Below, piece after piece: positions 1-13,926 of a stretch of 64,000 bases of DNA. The stretch spans positions 284,456,001 through 284,520,000 of the forward strand of contig OZ024741.1 of assembly GCA_964016885.1 (NCBI GenBank). The letters run 5' to 3'. Origin of the DNA: Eledone cirrhosa (taxonomy: Eukaryota). Positions within the stretch are counted from its first letter, which is position 1. Every line of letters starts with the position of its first letter. Position numbers and translations under genes: made by a program. The notes beneath the pieces are model-generated. The model was given only the letters and a program-made list of their open reading frames with translations, was not told where the DNA came from and did no database searches.

Positions 1-182
1 CGATAACCAGACATCGATTATGGCGAAGACTCAATTAAGACCATATTGTTATTCGTGATTAATGTTTTTATTTAACACCTTAAATCGTTAGCGCAGTGTC
101 AATTCTGTTATATATATTCTTAATAATTACGGATTAGGACAATGGGATTGATGAGTTAATATCTGTATACAACAAATACAAC

Positions 183-1302
183 GGTACGTGATGGGGCCCA
201 CCCACAGCCCCGGCGGACAGAATGGAGAAGGCGTTTCCCCGGGGGACGGCAAGGGAGACGCGCTGGAAAAGCCACTACAACTCGCGGGGCTCACACCTGC
301 GGCTGGCTAGCTCAGCGCCTATGGTGGTGAGTAAGGAGGTAGCGCTGGGCACGAGGACACCAGAGGTCTCCACTGCCAGGGGTACGAACGCAAACCTGTC
401 GGAGAGCGACCGGTATTTGAGGAGTTTGGCCCCCTCAGCCCGACGTGCAGCAGAACCTGGGTCAGTCGCAGACTGCACCAGATTGCGGCTGCAGAAAGTG
501 TCGGTGCAAGTGGCATCCCAGACGAGGGGTTTGCCACCGCGGAACGGGAAGATGATCATGCCATCTGGCTTTTGCTGTCCCCTCGATCCAGCCCTACCGG
601 CTCGAGCTGGGAAGGGAAGCCTGCAGCGTCCAAGCCATGCTTAATGACCTCGTTGAGGGCATCATGGCGTGGAATGCGGCCGGCACTGTGGCGACAGGAA
701 AGCGGGTGGAGGCCGAAAGAGTCCACAGTGGAACCGGAGAGACATTGGTGTGGCTGGCAGATCCGGAGGCCGAGCCTCAGGGAAATGCCGATTCGCAGGC
801 TATGGTTGTCTAGCTGCGTGCCAGTGGAGAAGGAGGGCAGGGCATGGAGCCAGGCACCATTGTGGGGTTTGGAGGCCGCACGAAAACAAGCAAGGCTGTG
901 CTGGTCGAGCTGGCTCGTGAGCCTGTCTGAGGCCAGGCTGCACTGGATGGCATCTCAAGTGCGTTGGGGGGACTTGACGTTAACAGGGTGAGAAGGAGGA
1001 GGGACGTCTACTGGTCTAAGTCCCAGCCGGTCCCACGTCTCACAGGCGGCCTCATGTTCTCTGAACACAGAGGGTTCTGTTGTGTTTTGAAGAACCCTGC
1101 TGACGGGGATGCGGCACGAGGTTACCGACGAAAGATACGCCGGCAAAGCTAGTGAGATCGGGGACCGGAGGCCAAGGCTGCCATACCTGACAGGTAAAGT
1201 GGCCTGTTGCCACCCTATGTCGTCAAACTTGACGTTGCGTATCCCCTCGGCTGCTGCTCGGATACAAGTATCGAGGCCAGCGAGGAGAGATGTCTGGGTG
1301 TA
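183..1302 (-). mobile_element. 5'-truncated CRE-type non-LTR retrotransposon (RT C-terminus plus restriction-like endonuclease)
   Basis: GC-rich island closely matching 22664-23783; encodes WQQATLPVRYGSLGLR, PFRGGKPLVWDATCTDT and FVPLAVETSG, with frameshifts. Confidence 0.85.
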
Positions 1303-1603
1303 TCTGTTTCTATATGTATATTTGTATGAAAGCGTGGTTAATTTCTCAATTGATATATCTATATATCGTTTAAAATTATTTCTTACTATGGATGCTCGAA
1401 ACAATAGTTTTATTGAGATTTATCTGAGAGACATTATCGAAACATATTCTATATATATTGATTAAACCTAAAATTAAATTATATATATATATATATCTGT
1501 GTGTGTGAATGAAGTAATTCCGTCGGAAAGGTCAAGGAAAAAAGAGTGCTCTATGTAGGTTACAGAGCTTAATAGTTATGTAATAAACAACATAAGGCAA
1601 TTA

Positions 1604-1664
1604 TTTCATTTACCAGTGGTTTCTTGAAAGCAAACGAAATTTGCTTTCATTCATCAGAATGAAA
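1604..1664 (-). ncRNA. Type I hammerhead ribozyme motif (family A, copy 1)
   Basis: Minus strand reads tttcatt CTGATGA a tgaaagcaaa tttcg tttgctttca a GAAA cc act gg TA aatgaaa: 7-bp stem I, 10-bp stem II with an A.A mismatch at its base, short near-palindromic stem III, GUA cleavage triplet. Confidence 0.75.
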
Positions 1665-1774
1665 AAATCGCGGTCTAGGATTTTTTTTATTATGATGAAT
1701 GAAAGCAAATTTATTTTGCTTTCAAGAAACCACTGGTAAATGAAATAATTGCCTTATGTTGTTTATTACATAAC

Positions 1775-1859
<85 letters not shown>

Positions 1860-1945
1860 CATACACACGTATACTCACATATATATGTATACATACAAAT
1901 CATGCATACCTATATCTAGTTATCTCTATCCCTCTCTTGCTTCTC

Positions 1946-2031
<86 letters not shown>

Positions 2032-2912
2032 ATGTGTGTGTGTGTGTGTGTGTGTGTTATGTGTATGCATATTTATATGGATATAAGTAGCAGTCTGCAT
2101 GTATATATGTATAAGAATGTATATGAAATAAGCAGTATTAGAGACAGTTTACCTTCTAGAGTTATATATTCCCAATGACTGCTCCTTAAATGTTTTGAGC
2201 TGACCAAGACGATTTTGTTACTGCTATTTCTAGCATCAATATATGCCCGTCTTATTGTTCTGATACACTGAGTAGAAAGTTTTCGTACAGTACACCATGT
2301 GTTTATTACGCGCCATGATTTTATGATAGGTATTTAAACAGTCCCTTACGGGTAGTTATATATTTGGCAATTCAACACGTTCACATATATGATCTAACAG
2401 TGATCAGGAATGTATGATCATTTTTCTGCATGTTCCATATTCTTTGTTGAACTCACCTCCCGACGATAAAACTCCAGTTCTCTCAGCTTTGGTTATTCCA
2501 TTGTCTTAAAATTCCAGATGCTGTCTCTTTGAGTTTTTGAAACAAGGGTTATAGCACTATATAGGTTGGGATTGGTCTACTTTCGCCAATTTGACTTGTA
2601 TCCTTTCTCCTATCAAAGTGTGATTTGGGCTTGAATTTAATATTTTTAATACTTCTCTGAGTGGATTATTGGTTTATCAATTTATTGATATATATTATCC
2701 TTTCATTGAGATGTCTACTTATTAGAGACAATTAATTTATAAGGTTGTAAATTAAACACACACACACATATATATATTTATATATTTATATATATACATA
2801 TGTGTGTATATGTGTTTATGTGTATGCATATTTATATGCATATATGTAGCAGTCTGTATGTATCTATGTACATGTATGAAATAAGCTGTATTAGAGACAG
2901 TTTACCATGTAG

Positions 2913-2981
<69 letters not shown>

Positions 2982-3009
2982 AATAAATATATAGTGTGGC
3001 TCAGAGAAT

Positions 3010-3630
3010 TTCTATTCCTTCTGCTAATTTTCAACGGCATGACTAGTTACTACAATGACGCACTCTCTAGGGCTGGATACAGGGAGAAAATAGAATATAT
3101 AGGTAGCGATGGTGTCGCCCATACATCTACACCAAAACATAAGCGAATTCATAGAGCAACCACTTTCATAGGCCTGATAATACAACCCGAGCTAACTCAC
3201 GCAAGCATAGTATAGATTGCACAAATATTACAAATTCTAGATGTAGTAAGCCCACAGCCGCTTGCTTAACCGTGGGGTTAGACATAGACGTAGCAACGCC
3301 TAGACACGATTAACCCCAATACCACTAGTAACAAAGAGAAATCAAAAGCTCCCTCCGAATTCTCCAGCGCAATGCTCACCTTAAGGAACCCCCACTAAAC
3401 ACATACCACATAATGAAAGCAACGATGGAACCAAATCTGTCGCGATCTATCATATGGTACCATTTACCTCACACTCATTGCTCAATTTTTTTCAGGGCTC
3501 TTAATAAATGTTTTCCAAAATCACATAGGTACATGATATTCAATAGGCACGCAGTTAAGTTATCATACTCAACCATTAAAAACCTAGTCAAAATCATAGC
3601 TAAGACTAACAATAGCAAACTGGAACCCAA
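3010..3630 (+). mobile_element. Penelope-like element remnant (post-RT linker region, Naiad-like)
   Basis: Peptides FNGMTSYYNDALSRAGYREKIEY and RSIIWY...FFRALNKCFPKSHRYMIFNRHAVKLSYSTIKNLVKII resemble the recalled IIWFNPP...KHFP...IFNRNTVKLSYSC consensus; starts right after a (TA)n tract. Confidence 0.65.
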
Positions 3631-3829
3631 ACATAATCTAATCTCGAGTGCGATGGGGGCTCGCGCCCGCAAATTACATAAATTCCTTGGGGAAACCTAG
3701 TAAAGAACTTAATAGACGCAGCAGGTAGTCAACCAACCATATAGGCATAATCACAAAGGACAGACAGTTAATCGCACCTTCTATAAAGATGCCTTGGAAC
3801 AACTTCGAAAATGGGTCCACCAAGTCCGA

Positions 3830-4256
3830 AGGACATTGCAGGAGATTGGGTATTGCATCACGATAACGCGCTGGCTCACATATCACTTTCAATTAGAGAA
3901 TTTCTGGCGAAGAAAAACATTCTCAGTCTTCAACATCCACTTTACAGCTCAGATCTAGCTCCGTGTGATTTCTACCTCTTCACTAAGTTGAAATCGAGGT
4001 TGAAGGTTCATCTTTTTGAGACTGGAAAGCATTCAAAAAATTGTAGCCAACTAGATAAGAACATTCACAGACTATGACTTCCGGTACTGCCATGATCTAC
4101 GAAAAAAATAAAAAACAAAACAAAAACAAAAAACGCTGGAACCACTGATTTCCCAAGAGTCATATTTTGAAGGAGATAACTTGTGCTTTCATGTACGTCT
4201 AATATACATTTAAATAAAACACCAGTACTCTTACCTTTTGGACAAACCTCGTATAT
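3830..4256 (+). mobile_element. Mariner transposase 3' remnant with right terminal inverted repeat
   Basis: WVLHHDNALAH...HPLYSSDLAPCDFYLF (DD34D motifs); ends in ttaccttttggacaaacctcgta. Confidence 0.85.
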
Positions 4257-4949
4257 AGCTTCTTCAGCCAGTTTATGGTATGGATATTATTTAATTGTAT
4301 TTAGGCCTTGATATATGTATGTATTTATCATAATATTTAGATTAACCTGTTAGAATATCGTAGTCTATATTTTTCTATGCTATGTTATTGGATACATCCC
4401 GAACATAGATATCTATAGATATATCGAAATAATTATCCTCGTGGTTCTTAAACTAGAAAGAATCATCGTAAAATAAAAGTAAATGATTTACATTCATAAT
4501 TAAACTGATATATTTTATCAGGTAATAGAGCTTCCAGAAGAAGACTTCTAAAAATAGATTATAGAAATTGATTGCCAAATCACTTGTTGTTGGTGGTGAT
4601 GTTGAAATTACATTGGGTAGGGTTCACAATTACTATATTTCTTGGAATTTAGTCTGTTTGTATTGACTTTCACTAGTTCACTTTTCATGGCGTTGATTAG
4701 TCTATATTTGGCGTTCATTATTCCCTATAAAGCGTAGTTACGTTCCTTTACGATCTGAGTTCAAATCCCGCCGAGGTTAACTTTGCCTTTCATCCTTACG
4801 AGGTCGATAAAATAAAGTACCAGTAATGTACTGGGTAATTGATGGCCTTGTGCCAAAAGTAGAAACAATTATTCCCTATAAAGCTATAATTATGATCCCT
4901 AAACGTTAGATGAAATACACACACACACGAATGTATATATATATATATA

Positions 4950-4983
<34 letters not shown>

Positions 4984-5811
4984 TATGTATTTATAGGTAT
5001 GCGGGACAAGAGAGAAAGAGAGAGAAAGAGAGAGAAAGAGAGAGAAAGAGATAGTAAGCGAAACTAATGAATAATATTTTGTTAGATTAGATTTTGATTA
5101 TTTGTAACATGCTGAGAACAGCAGACAGAGGCAGTTGCAATAAAGGTATTTTAAGCAGAAGGAAGGAATTATACAACATGAAGTGTTAAAAAGGGGAGGA
5201 CATTTAGAAGAAATACTTTTTTTATATTTCTTCATCTGGATTTTATCTTAGAATCTTCTCTTCATTATGTAGATGATAGAATCACCATAAAGTTGTCAGC
5301 ACGGACGAATTACTCCTCGTTTTCAATGTCTATTTGATGCTTATTTAGTGTTTTATGTTTGTTTATGTCTCTTTTTTTTCTGATTTGTTGACTTACCCAG
5401 CCTCATAGCAACGTGAAAACATCTGAATTAATCATTTAAATTAAATACATAATGAAGAGGATATTAAAAATATCATTCCCAGATCTCTGTCACCTACAAC
5501 AAGACACATGTATTACATATTCATAATTCAATAACGTTTTTCATCACAACTCTTACATAATCATTCTTACACTCCCTCGGTCCTTCACCCAATCACTCAT
5601 TCATTCATCCACTCATACACTCACTCACTCGTTCACTAACTCACTTTCTCTCAATCTCTGCATGTTTTTCACTCAATCTCTTTTTATCTCCTGATGTTTC
5701 GCGATTCCACTGCTCATGACTACCATCACAGTAGACAGCAACAATAACAACAACATTTAAAAAAATGTCTACAGCAGCAACAACAGCAACAGTTTGAACA
5801 TCATTACATAG

Positions 5812-6407
5812 TTATGAGTCGGACGTTTCGTCTGATTCTGTCATGTTACTAAAATTCGGTTTCATGTCCTGAAGATGCTTTAATGGAGGTTCAAACTGGA
5901 TGCGGATTGAGTTGAGAGAGGCGTTCACGGTGGCTAATGTTTCACCTTGTCTCAACTGAGATGTTGATTGAGCGATATCTGGTGTTTGACTTCGTCTACG
6001 TCGACAGCAGAAAGCTCCCAGAAAAGATTCACGGAATTTGCGGTTCATAAAACAGTAGGTGATCGGGTTACAGCAGGATGACACGTACGACAGAAGGTGT
6101 AAGAAAGCTAAACCAATCGGGGAGATGTGAGATTGGGCAGTGCGGGCATCAAAAGCCAGCCAGGTTTGCGCAAAGAAGAGGGGAGTCCAGCAGACGAAAA
6201 ACTCCAATACTACAACACCAAGCATTTTGATAACCCGTTTTTTAGCAGCCACATTCCTGTCTAAATTTGATTGACGTACACCCGACTGGAGATCATACCG
6301 TCGACGTTTGGGCGTGACTATAGGCCGATTTTCAGAGTTCATCGAAGGGCTCCCTTCAAACACACACATGCGCATTGAGTTGCTAGGTTGATTTCGTTGG
6401 TTTTCTC
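5812..6407 (-). CDS. Last coding exon of a cholecystokinin/sulfakinin-type GPCR (end of ICL3, TM6, TM7, C-tail)
   Basis: Translation contains AAKKRVIKMLGVVVLEFFVCWTPLF (TM6 CWxP), LLSYVSSCCNPITYCFMNRKFRESF (TM7 NPxxY) and a Cys pair in FCCRRRR; stop at 5812-5814. Acceptor tttctttctttag lies just before 6407. Phase matches the upstream donor (G|GA, reading ...MQDG-ENQRNQPSNSM...). The CCK-receptor call rests on recalled motif similarity. Confidence 0.9.
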
Positions 6408-7929
6408 CTAAAGAAAGAAAAATAAAATAAAATGAATAAATGAGATAAATTAAGCTGGAATACGTAAAAAATTTGGAAATATTTTGCAGTAATTTCTTAA
6501 TAAGTAAATAGAGTTAAGGGAATTGTTTCATCACCAGCAAGAGTAGATACCTACTTTATTCATCTGAAATTTGTTACAACCTAATATATTGATTTCTGGC
6601 ACTGATTTCTAATTTAGGCACAATGCCAGCAAATTTGAGGAAAGGACAAAGTTGATTAAATCAACACCGGTTAGTAATTTTTTCTCGCCCCCGAAAGGTT
6701 GAAAGGCTAAGTTGACCTCGACGGGATTTCAACTCAAATTTCAAAGAGCCCGAACAAATGCCATAATATCAATGGCATTTTATCCGACACTCTACCAATT
6801 CAGCCAATTTAATACACTTTTATTGATTTCTAACATTCTTACAAAATTTAGGGAGAAGAAACAGTGGGTTGAATTGGATCCACTATATTACTGGTATCAC
6901 TATACTCGCAGCACAAACGTGTAGCAAGGGAGGGGTACTAGAGGTGGCAGGAATCAATCCTAATTGCTAATATGAAAAGGTATAAGATTTCTTCTATCAT
7001 GCCTGTTGCAAAACTGGAAGGATAAAACCCCAATAAATACATTATATCATTTTATCATGCGCTCTTCCGATTCGACGAATGTCTACCCTTTTACTGGCCC
7101 CTGGTTATTTATAAGCCTAAGTTAGCGCTACAATGTGCATCCTACTCTCCCAAATAAATAATTTAATCTTTCAGTTTGGTAAACTGACAAACCTAGTTTT
7201 TGCAAATTACAAAGCCTGCACTCTCTACTACATAGTCCACACTCACCCACACTAGATTGTGCGACAAGTCATAACACTATACGACCCTCTACACCCTACA
7301 CCTCTATGGATATTTCCATAATGCTGCTATATAGCAAATATGTTTAGTGATTTATTGATTGAAAAAAATATATTCCTAATTTAATTACACAAATTTGTAT
7401 AAAATCGGGCTTTTTTAACATTCAATAATGCGCCATTCAGAGATCTGCACTCTATGTAGCTGTCTAGTTGGCCTTAATAGTAACATCCACCATGTCATCA
7501 CTCAAGTTATTATATTGAGATATAATACATAGAATAATTAAGGATGTTGGATAGAATTCGTTGCATGATGTTGGACTATTATTGATTTGAAACAGGTGAG
7601 AAATATCGATAAAAACCCAGTACATACGCCTGAGAATGAATAGCTAAGGTTAGTGTGTAGCTATTCTTCTCCTTTTACTCTCTGCATGCCAAAGTAAACC
7701 TCATTTGTTTTATGTATGTATGTATGTATGTATGTATGTATGTATGTATGTATGTATGTATGTATGTATGTATGTATGTATGTATGTGTGCGTGTATGTA
7801 TGTATGTATGTATGCATGTATGTACGTATATATATATATATATGCAAAAAGTAAACAGAAATATCAAAGCAAACGACATAGTACAATGAATGAATAATTA
7901 GTTTGACGCTTGATATAATAGGAAAAGAG

Positions 7930-7965
7930 TCTTTACGTTTCAGACACTAGTCTGTCATCAGAAAA
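7930..7965 (-). ncRNA. Minimal PLE-type hammerhead motif (family B)
   Basis: Minus strand reads tttt CTGATGA c agac tagt gtct GAAA CGTA aaga; palindromic ACGT replaces stem III, as in dimer-dependent minimal hammerheads. Confidence 0.6.
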
Positions 7966-8959
7966 TAGAATGAGAAATAAAAGATGAAATAGAAAGTTGG
8001 AGAGTGAGAAGAAACGAAAAAAAAACAACACACACGTGCGTCAGCCATTTTGGAGAAATGCTAGTCAGTGGGTATCTTAAATATTAGAGAGGTTTAGAAA
8101 GGCAGGTATATTGGTATTAACAAACGGGAGTCAAAGTACTGTAATCGGACTAACTATACGTGTTTTAGCTCCAGAGAAAAATGCTTCCGTTTCTTTCTTT
8201 TCTTATTCTCCTCTATTTTTCAATTTCTTCTTCTATCTTCCGATGGCGGACTATCATGCGAAACGCTAAGACACCTTTCCTACTATATCAAGAGTTAATC
8301 TAATATGTATCATCATTGTACTGTATTGTTCTTCCGTATTGTTTTATCTTGTTGACTTTTCGTATATAGAAAAGTTCTAATGAAGCACCGACTCTGTTTC
8401 GTCTGACTTGCAAGTTTAATGGCTTAGAACTGTTTTTTCCTAATCGAAATCTCTAAAAATAAACAGTTCCCAACCAATAAATTGCATGCCAGCAGAAAGG
8501 TAGTGGGCTCTTCGTTAGGGTTTTCGAATTGCAACTCTGCGCTCCATCGAGTACTACTCTAATATGTAGCCTTCATTGTCTCCTTATAGCGAACACATCA
8601 CACATACACATACATGCGAGTGTGTCTGTTATCTGTGTGTATGTGTGCGTGCGCGTGTGTTTGTATGAGAGAGAGAGGGAGAGAGAGAGAGATGAACAAA
8701 ACCTGTTTATAAGATAATAACGAAGAGGTCAGGATTTAATTTTGCAGTTTATTCTGTTTTATAGAAAACATATCAAGAGAAGTTTAGTAAACACCCGTTA
8801 AGCTACCCCATTAAACCGGCTATCGGATAAACCGGAGGAAAAGCGAGTTAAGAGATTGACTGTCAGTGTAGAGTTAAATACAAATGCCAAAAATATCCCA
8901 GAAGTATCAATGAAAAGTTTACAACAAACTATGTTGTCATCCCGAATAAAGTAGTCTGG

Positions 8960-9150
8960 CATAAGATTTTGCCAACGCACTCCATCCACCGATGCCTTCT
9001 CGTTCCAGGTGATGCTGATCGTTTTGAAACGTCCGCCGCCAAAATATCTTCAGTCTGACTTTTTTTGCGTTTACATCCGGGAGGAGTACAAATCATCGCC
9101 ATTTTCCAGTACCGGTGATCAAGTAGACGCAAAATGTGGTTAGCCAAGCA
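8960..9150 (-). mobile_element. RTE-like LINE C-terminal remnant
   Basis: ANHILRLLDHRYWKMAMICTPPGCKRKK resembles the GHILR...P.GKR.RGRP consensus. Confidence 0.45.
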
Positions 9151-9229
9151 GAGCTGTCACTCAGCAATTATCTCTCTCTCTTTCTCTCTCTCACACATAT
9201 CCCTATTCTATGCCTGCCTATACAAACCT

Positions 9230-10025
9230 TTTGGGCGTTGGGTTAACAGAATCATTAGAACGCCGAACAAAATGCCCGAGGCATTTGTTCCGTCTCATCA
9301 CGTTCTGTTTTCAAGTTCCATCCAAGGTCAATTTTGCTTCGCATCCTTTCAGGATCAATAAAATGAAGCACCAGTCAAGTACTGGTGTTGACATAATCGA
9401 CTGTTCCCCTCCCAAAAAAATGTTCGGGATTGGCAGTATCGGTAGAAAGTCGGACGCCATGCTTTCCAGCATAGTTACGTCCCTTTACAGACTGAGTTCA
9501 AATCCCGTCGAGGTAAACTTTGCCTTTCATCCTTACGGTGTCGAAGAGATAAAGTACCAGTAATGTACTGGGTAATTGCTCGCCTTGTGCCAAAAGTAGA
9601 AACAATTATTTGGATTGGTAGTATCGGTAGAGGGTCGGACGCAATGCTTTGCAGCATAGAGTTACGACCCTTTACGGTCTGAGTTCAAATCCCACTCAGG
9701 TTAACTTTGCCTTTCATCCTTACGGTATGATAAAATAAAGTATCAGTAATGCATTTGGATAATTGCTGGCCTTGTGCCAAAAGTAGAAACAATTATTATT
9801 TCACAAGAAAATATCGGTGGACTGGCAGTATCGGTAGATCATCGGACATAATGTTTGGCAGCATTTAGCTGCAACTTTCTATGGTCTGAGTTAAAATTCC
9901 GTCATGGTCAACTTTCATCCTTCCGGTGTCGATAAAATAAAGTCTCCGTTACATAGTGGGATCGATTTAAACGATTTTTCTCTTCCCCAAATTGCTGGAT
10001 TTGTGCTACTTTTAGAAGAATTATC
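9230..10025 (+). mobile_element. Head-to-tail array of about four tRNA-derived SINEs (family S1)
   Basis: ~185-210 bp units: ggattggcagtatcggtagag (A box), gagttcaaatccc (B box), tttgcctttcatccttacggggtcgataaaataaagtaccag, ending agtagaaacaattatt. Confidence 0.85.
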
Positions 10026-11339
10026 ATTGAATCGTGAAGGCATTTAGCTTAGTGGCTTGACAGCTCGGTTCACAATCGTAAGGTAGTGTTTTTGATTTCC
10101 GGTAGCGCATAGTGTTCTTGAGCAAGACACTTTATTTCACGTTTCTCTAATCCATTCAGCTGACAAAAAAGTCCAACCTTGTTACACACTGTGTTACGTC
10201 GAATCTCCCAGAAAACTAGGTTAAGGGTACACGTGCTTGTCAAATTCTCAGCTATTGGACGTTAATTTCACATGTAGGCTGTTTCACTGATCTAATCAAC
10301 TGCAAAACTCCTCATTTAAACCGACGGAGGTCCAACATTATTCAATCCTTCGTTTGGACGTCACACCCTCTTCTATTTATCACCTATTACTCTACCCCTC
10401 ACTGGTTTCTATATAATCAAAAATGTGCCCAAAGTAGAAACAATTATCTCACTAACTTAGTTTTAATACTATATTTCTCTCTCTATATATTCACTCCCTC
10501 CCTTTGTTCTTTATTCTCTTATATCTTACACTCCCCCACCCACTATAGGCATTCCCACACTCTTTTTTCTAATTATTTCTCGTTTCGTTCATCTTTCTTT
10601 TAGTCTCTTCTCGTTGACTCTGACTCTTTTTTTAAAAACTCTCCCTCATTCTCTCACTCTCTTTTCCACAACTTCCTTTCTATCTTACTTGTTTCCATCT
10701 TTATATACACAAATATGCATTCTTTCTCTCTCTCCCATCTGTAATTATCGTCTGTCGTCGTCCCTTTTCCAATAACAATTCTCTCTCCTCTTCATATGCA
10801 TAAACACGCTCGCACTCACAGTCACTCACTCTCTCATATACGCCTTTATCGTCCGCTGTCATCAATTTTCTATCATACATTTTCTCCCTTCTATGCTGTA
10901 TTCCACCAACTCGTCCATCACACGCTCGCACAGACCCTCTTTTATCCTAAAATCTGATGAATGTAACTAATAAATATTCAATATAAGTTCTCTCAATAGT
11001 TGGACCATGGCACGACAGCTTTTATGACACGATTTACAGTCTGTTATTCAGCATGGTTATTTATTTAGATTTGAGGACTTCATTTCGCATGAATCCATTC
11101 CTCTGTTAGCTACCAACTTCGTGTTATTAACATTCGCCACCTAATCAGATCCGCTACTTTTGGCCGATCACTCACACACATATACACATACACACACACT
11201 TACACACCCACACCCACATACTCACATTCACTCACACATATGTATGTGTGTATCAAGAAAACATTCAAAATGTTATTGTTTTCACGCTTGATAACATTTT
11301 CACAGTAACAGGAGCTATAACTACACTAAATACAAATCA

Positions 11340-11518
11340 TAGTTGTTTCTACTTTTGGCACAAGGCCAGCAATTACCCAGTACATTACTGGTACCTTATT
11401 TTATCGACCCCGTAAGGATGAAAGGCAAAGTAAACCTCGGCGGGATTTGAACTCAGATCGTAAAGGGACGTAACTATGCTGGAAAGCATGGCGTCCGACT
11501 CTCTACCGATACTGCCAC
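11340..11518 (-). mobile_element. S1 SINE
   Basis: Reverse complement of the S1 consensus. Confidence 0.85.
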
Positions 11519-12269
11519 ACTCAGCTAGGATCTAAGAGATCCACGATCGCAGGTACCTTTGTTAAATTTTTCCGTCTCTAGGGATATTCTTTTGTTCGTT
11601 CGTCCCACGTGTTTTACCTGATTTTACCATATTTTCCTGATTTTACCTGATTTTACCTGATTTTCTAAACTATTATTTATAATACTCGACTATATTAAAT
11701 CATATACGAAATGTTTGAAACTTTAGAAGCCATGATTAATCACCACGGCGCCGTTTCTGGTTCCTTAAGCTTACTCCTTATTAGATGTTAAGACGAAAAT
11801 AAGTTAAAAGCTTATAGATTTTATGCTTATCAACATCATTTGACGAAAATCATTTGCATACAGAGCCAAATCTGATGAGATCTAATCAATGATAGGAAGT
11901 AAGGATCTGACATGATAAGTGACTGGGATTGTATATTAAATCATATATATAAAGCAAAGCTGCACACGAAGAAAAAGAAACACGAGGGCCGAACGAAGGA
12001 AAGACTACATCCTCTTCAACCACCAATGGGAAACGCAACCGCGTGGTATTGCATAATGTTGAGCCCAGGTTGCAGGAAGAATTAGAATAAGCTACTAGAA
12101 AGATGCACATGTGACTACAAGCATAAAAACAAGAATTGTAAATGTCTTTCGACTTCAAGCAAAACCGGATACAGTCAATTTTCGATTGCAAATTTCGGTA
12201 AATTAACGCAATTTTGATAAACCAGGAAAAAATTTGTGTCATAGAATTATTATTTATTATTACCCGCCG

Positions 12270-12787
12270 GGGTTATCTTTGCCTTTCATCCTTACGGGGT
12301 CGATAAAATAAAGTACCGGTAATGCACTGGGGTAATTGCTGGCCTTGTGCCAAAAAGTAGAAACAATTATTACTATTATTATTGAAGGGCGGTGGATTGG
12401 CAGTATCGGTAGAGCGTCGGACAACATGCTTTGCAATATAGAGTTTGTGACCCTTTACGTTCTGTGTTCAAGTCCCGCCAAGGTCAGGTTTGCTTTTCAT
12501 CCTTAGGGGTTCGATAAAATAAAGTACCAATAATGTACTGGAGTCGACCTAATCGAGCAGAATTGTTGACCTTGTGCCTAAATCAGAATTCATTAATTAT
12601 GGTGGATTGGCAGTATCAGTAGAGGGTCGGACGCCATGCTTTCCATCATAGTTACGTCCCTTTACGATCTGAGTTCAAATCCCGCCGAGGTTGACTTTGC
12701 CTTTCATCCTTACGGGGTCGATAAAATAAAGTACCAGTAATGCACTGGATAATTGCTGGCCTTGTGCCTAAAGTAGAAACAATTAAT
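12270..12787 (+). mobile_element. S1 SINE array (one partial and two full units)
   Basis: Same consensus as 9425-9610, repeated in tandem. Confidence 0.85.
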
Positions 12788-13926
12788 TATCTTTGGCGGT
12801 TGATGTGTACGGATGTGTTATTTTGGAGTTCTTGTGAGTGTTGTTGATTTAACCTGTTATATTGTCACCAACAGCAGCAACAGCAACACCAGCAACAGTA
12901 ACAGTCAACTAGATTAGACGAGGCTATTTGTAGTGGCATTGCAATTGACGTGCTAGCGAGGAGAACGACATTAGACGATTTCTTCATTGTGAAACACGAA
13001 GGTTGCATTGTCAGAGTTAAGACGCGTGCTCTAAGAAACGAGGGAACGAAAGCTGTTCAATTATTTTGCTCGTCTATCGACACGTGTTACAGTTAACTCT
13101 CGTAGGTTTGTTGTTATTCCATTGTTATCCAAAGTATTGTTTTGAGCATTTGATATTCTTTTATAGTTAATCTAACCAGTATCTTCGTGAGCTGGTTAGT
13201 TTTTCTCTACCCGTAGCACTTAGGGGCTAAACCTGTGTTTGTTTTCAAAACACACCCCTCAATTGTTTTGTGAAATAAGATGGTGGGCAACGATATTACG
13301 CCCGCAAGAGAGAATAGGCTACTGACCACAGAATGGAAGAGCCAAAATTCACAAAACAATGACAGCAGCAACAGCAGCAGCAGCAGCAGCAGTAGCAGCA
13401 ACAACAATGGTGTACGGGAAAATTATGAAATAATTTTCCCACATTTAAAAGATTCAACAGCACTGTCACTATCATAAGAACTACAGAATAAAATTAACGC
13501 AAAAACAACGACACTTTCACGAACACAGTTAGCATCAGCATTAGCAGCATCACCACCACCACCACCACCACCATCACCACCATCACCACCACTGCAGCAA
13601 CAAAAATATTATAGAAGCAAAAACACAAAAATAACTAGCTCAGACAACAACGACAACACAAATGGCAACAACAACATGAAAAACAACAACAAAATCAACA
13701 CCAATACATTTGCTGCAACACTGCCAAAGAAACACAGCTTATTAATATAAACATTTTAGAAAAAGAAACATGTTTGGCCCAAGCGGCTAAACTAATCAAA
13801 CTAGAAAAAACCCCCACTCCCCTTGAGGTGTTGGTGGACTAAAAAAACCAAGTAATTTATAAATGTGGGTCCACACGAAACGGCTGGAGCCATCGAATCA
13901 AACCAACGTAGAAATAGCACTGAAGG

